Assembly: GCF_006345805.1 (NCBI RefSeq)
Contig: NC_043022.1
Location: forward strand, 16,740,001 to 16,804,000
DNA from: Octopus sinensis
Taxonomy: Eukaryota
Length of the DNA stretch: 64,000 nt
Direction: 5' to 3'
The translations under genes and the position numbers were made by a program. The notes under the pieces are model-generated. The model was not told the origin of the DNA. It did not search any database and saw only the letters and a list, made by a program, of their open reading frames with translations. Of the stretch, positions 61,970 to 64,000 are shown piece by piece. The first letter of the stretch is position 1, and the number at the start of each line of letters is the position of its first letter.

Positions 61970-62171
61970 GTAAGCAGAAGGCCTGAAATGTTGGGGTGGG
62001 TGGGCTTGCTGATTACATCAACCCCAGTGCTCGATTGGTACTCATTTTATCCACCCTCAAAAGGATGAAAGGCAATGTTGGCCTCAACAGAATTTGATCT
62101 CAGAACATACAGATGGATAAAATGCTGCTGTTTGGCATTTTGCATGCTAACGGTTCTGCCACCTCATTGCC

Positions 62172-62227
<56 letters not shown>

Positions 62228-62600
62228 TTCATATTTTTGGCAGAATGTGAATAATTTGGGATGGGGATTAAGTTATTTACATCATCCCCAATGCCCAACT
62301 GGTACATATTTCATTGACTCTGAATGAATGAAAGATAAATTCTACTTCAGCAGAATTTGAACTCAGGATGTAAAACACAAAGAAATGCTCCTTAGCATTT
62401 TGTCCGGCATCTTAATGATTCTGCCGCCAGCTCGTTGCCTTTAATAATTACTTCAAATTTTGACACAAGGCCAGTGGTTTTAGGGTAGCGGTTAAGTCGA
62501 TTACACTAACCCCAGTACATGACTGGTACTTTATTCTATCAACCCCAAAAGAATGGCAGGCAAAGCTGACCTCAGCAGGATTTGAACTCAGAATGTAATG
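61970..62600 (-). mobile_element. Three family A SINEs
   Basis: Reverse-complement family A bodies at about 61970, 62225 and 62455. Confidence 0.75.
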
Positions 62601-62848
62601 AGTTTGTAGAAATAATCATCACATTGGTATAAAGCCTTTGAAGAACTCCAGTTTAATGTCACAACCAGAGGCACATTGTGACACTGCATATTGAAATGTT
62701 CATAAACTAGAGCCATAGTGTGTGTGTGGTGCTTTATTTATTGTGCTTCTTTGATACCAATATATGGACCCCTTTGATTCGTGTTTTACTCAGGTAGACC
62801 CCCACCCATAGTCAGTCAGTGAATAAAAGATACTTTTGTAATTAAATA

Positions 62849-62989
62849 TAAGGTTGTCCCAAAAGTTCGTAGAAAGTCTTGGAAAATAATGGTCTTTATT
62901 TTGAGGAATAATTTTTGTTGTTTTTGTTAGTACTTGGCGAGTAAAAATTCAATTTTCGCAAGTGTTTACGAACTTTTGGGACAACCTAA
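62849..62989. mobile_element. mariner-type MITE (141 bp)
   Basis: TA|T(A/T)AGGTTGTCCCAAAAGTTCGTA...TACGAACTTTTGGGACAACCTAA|TA, 23-bp TIR with TA TSD, Hsmar1/MADE1-like TIR start. Confidence 0.85.
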
Positions 62990-63488
62990 TATTATTAGGA
63001 ATTATCATATAAAAAAATTATTAAAACCTTTAGTGTAGTGTAGAAGTGTATCCAATTTATCTCACATAAATTTAGTAACAAAATCTGAGGTAGGTAATGT
63101 AGATTCCAGTCAAGAAATACATTGCTTTTAATGTCATTAAATAACGATGTTTGTTAATTATAAGTGTTTTGTGTGTGTACCTCAGTATTTGAAATTCAGT
63201 GTCAATATCTAATTTTTAATGGTCAAACAGTGAGTGACCAAAACACAGGCTGACCCTTTAACAAGAAACACTGATTTGGTATATTTTTTTCTGAAATGAT
63301 CAGATTTTCAGCCCCATAAAACATTGTTGTTGATTAACTCTGATTTGCAACGACAGTTTGGCTCTCTCTCTCTCTGTCTCTCTCTCTCTCTCTTTTTTTT
63401 TTTACATCAACCAATTAATTTTTGGTACTTTCCACTATGGTAATTAAATGTCATTGTCCTAATTAGTCGCCGTTTCTTATTTCTGCAG

Positions 63489-63580
63489 AAGACCAACTCC
63501 GACTGATGGTCTTAGAACGTTTGGAACAATTGGAGAAACGACTGAATACATGTACCCAAAATGAAATCCCCAGTGAACAA
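63489..63580 (+). CDS. CAMTA: CAMTA exon (phase 1 to 0), post-TIG helix
   Basis: ttcttatttctgcag|AA GAC..GAA CAA|gtaggt. EDQLRLMVLERLEQLEKRLNTCTQNEIPSEQ (human DNQFRMSILERLEQMERRM, recalled). Confidence 0.94.
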
Positions 63581-63599
63581 GTAGGTCTTTTACAGGTAC

Positions 63600-63860
63600 C
63601 CTTCATCATCATCATCATCATCATCATCACCACTTAATGTCTGTTTTTCCTTGCTGGCATGGGTTGGAGGATTAGCCAAGATCCAGGATCCAGTCAACCA
63701 CAGAGCTGCACCAAGCTCCAACGTCAGCCTTCGCCATGGTTTCTGTAACTGGATGCCCTTCCTAATGTCAACCACTTTACAGTGTGTGTAATGGGTGCCT
63801 TTTTTGGGGGGTCTCCTTATTAGAGTCAGTGACTTGTGAATTGTGGGTAGTCCACCCTTG
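63600..63860 (-). mobile_element. SINE family C
   Basis: (CAT)n followed by the family C body (gcatgggttgg..ctggatgcccttcctaatg..). Confidence 0.7.
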
Positions 63861-64000
63861 ACCTCCACCACTCTCAGAAATCATACAACATTCACAGGCA
63901 TAACCTTTTCCTCTTTGACTGAGCCACCGGGCAAAAAAAAAAAGCTAAAGTTTGGTTTGAACTGTTATAAGTTAGTATTTAGTGAAAAGGGGCTCCCAGA

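Larger units (their letters stand above)
16283..63580 (+). other. CAMTA: CAMTA gene, partial (7 in-frame exons; 5' and 3' ends outside the window)
   Basis: Exon phases 0-1, 1-0, 0-2, 2-0, 0-1, 1-1, 1-0 join into one stop-free frame. It contains the CG-1 end (NPDIVLVHYLNV), TIG (ITDFCPEWSYTEGSTKVLVTGPW) and LERLEQLEKRL motifs that I recognise from CAMTA1/2. Confidence 0.95.

Overview
AT-rich, repeat-dense eukaryotic DNA. The SINE/MITE/LINE landscape looks like an Octopus (coleoid cephalopod) genome; this is my recognition from memory, not a database result. The window is the interior of one large + strand gene, CAMTA (calmodulin-binding transcription activator). Seven exons join in frame with canonical AG/GT sites: 16283-16421, 35165-35211, 52259-52452, 54001-55165, 56428-56554, 59063-59200 and 63489-63580. 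They encode the end of the CG-1 DNA-binding domain, a linker, a Cys/His cluster, a polyA/polyQ-rich acidic activation region, the TIG/IPT domain and the following helix. The 5' exons and the ankyrin/IQ exons lie outside the window. The best lead is the ~36 kb gap after the CG-1 exon. The CG-1 exon ends in phase 1 and exon 52259 starts in phase 0. Two small exons can each bridge this: a 14-nt microexon (18793-18806) and a 47-nt exon (35165-35211). Including both, or neither, creates a TGA stop, which is the logic of a mutually exclusive switch. The same gap holds weaker candidates for poison/terminal exons, internal promoters and long fold-back dsRNA structures. Intronic elements include hAT, piggyBac-type and mariner MITEs, two Helitrons, a maT (DD37D) transposase relic, RTE, CR1/L2 and R4/Dong-like LINE fragments, several tRNA-SINE families and two 19-bp-period minisatellites. 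SINE/LINE boundaries are approximate. There are no CRISPR arrays, rRNA or true tRNA genes.
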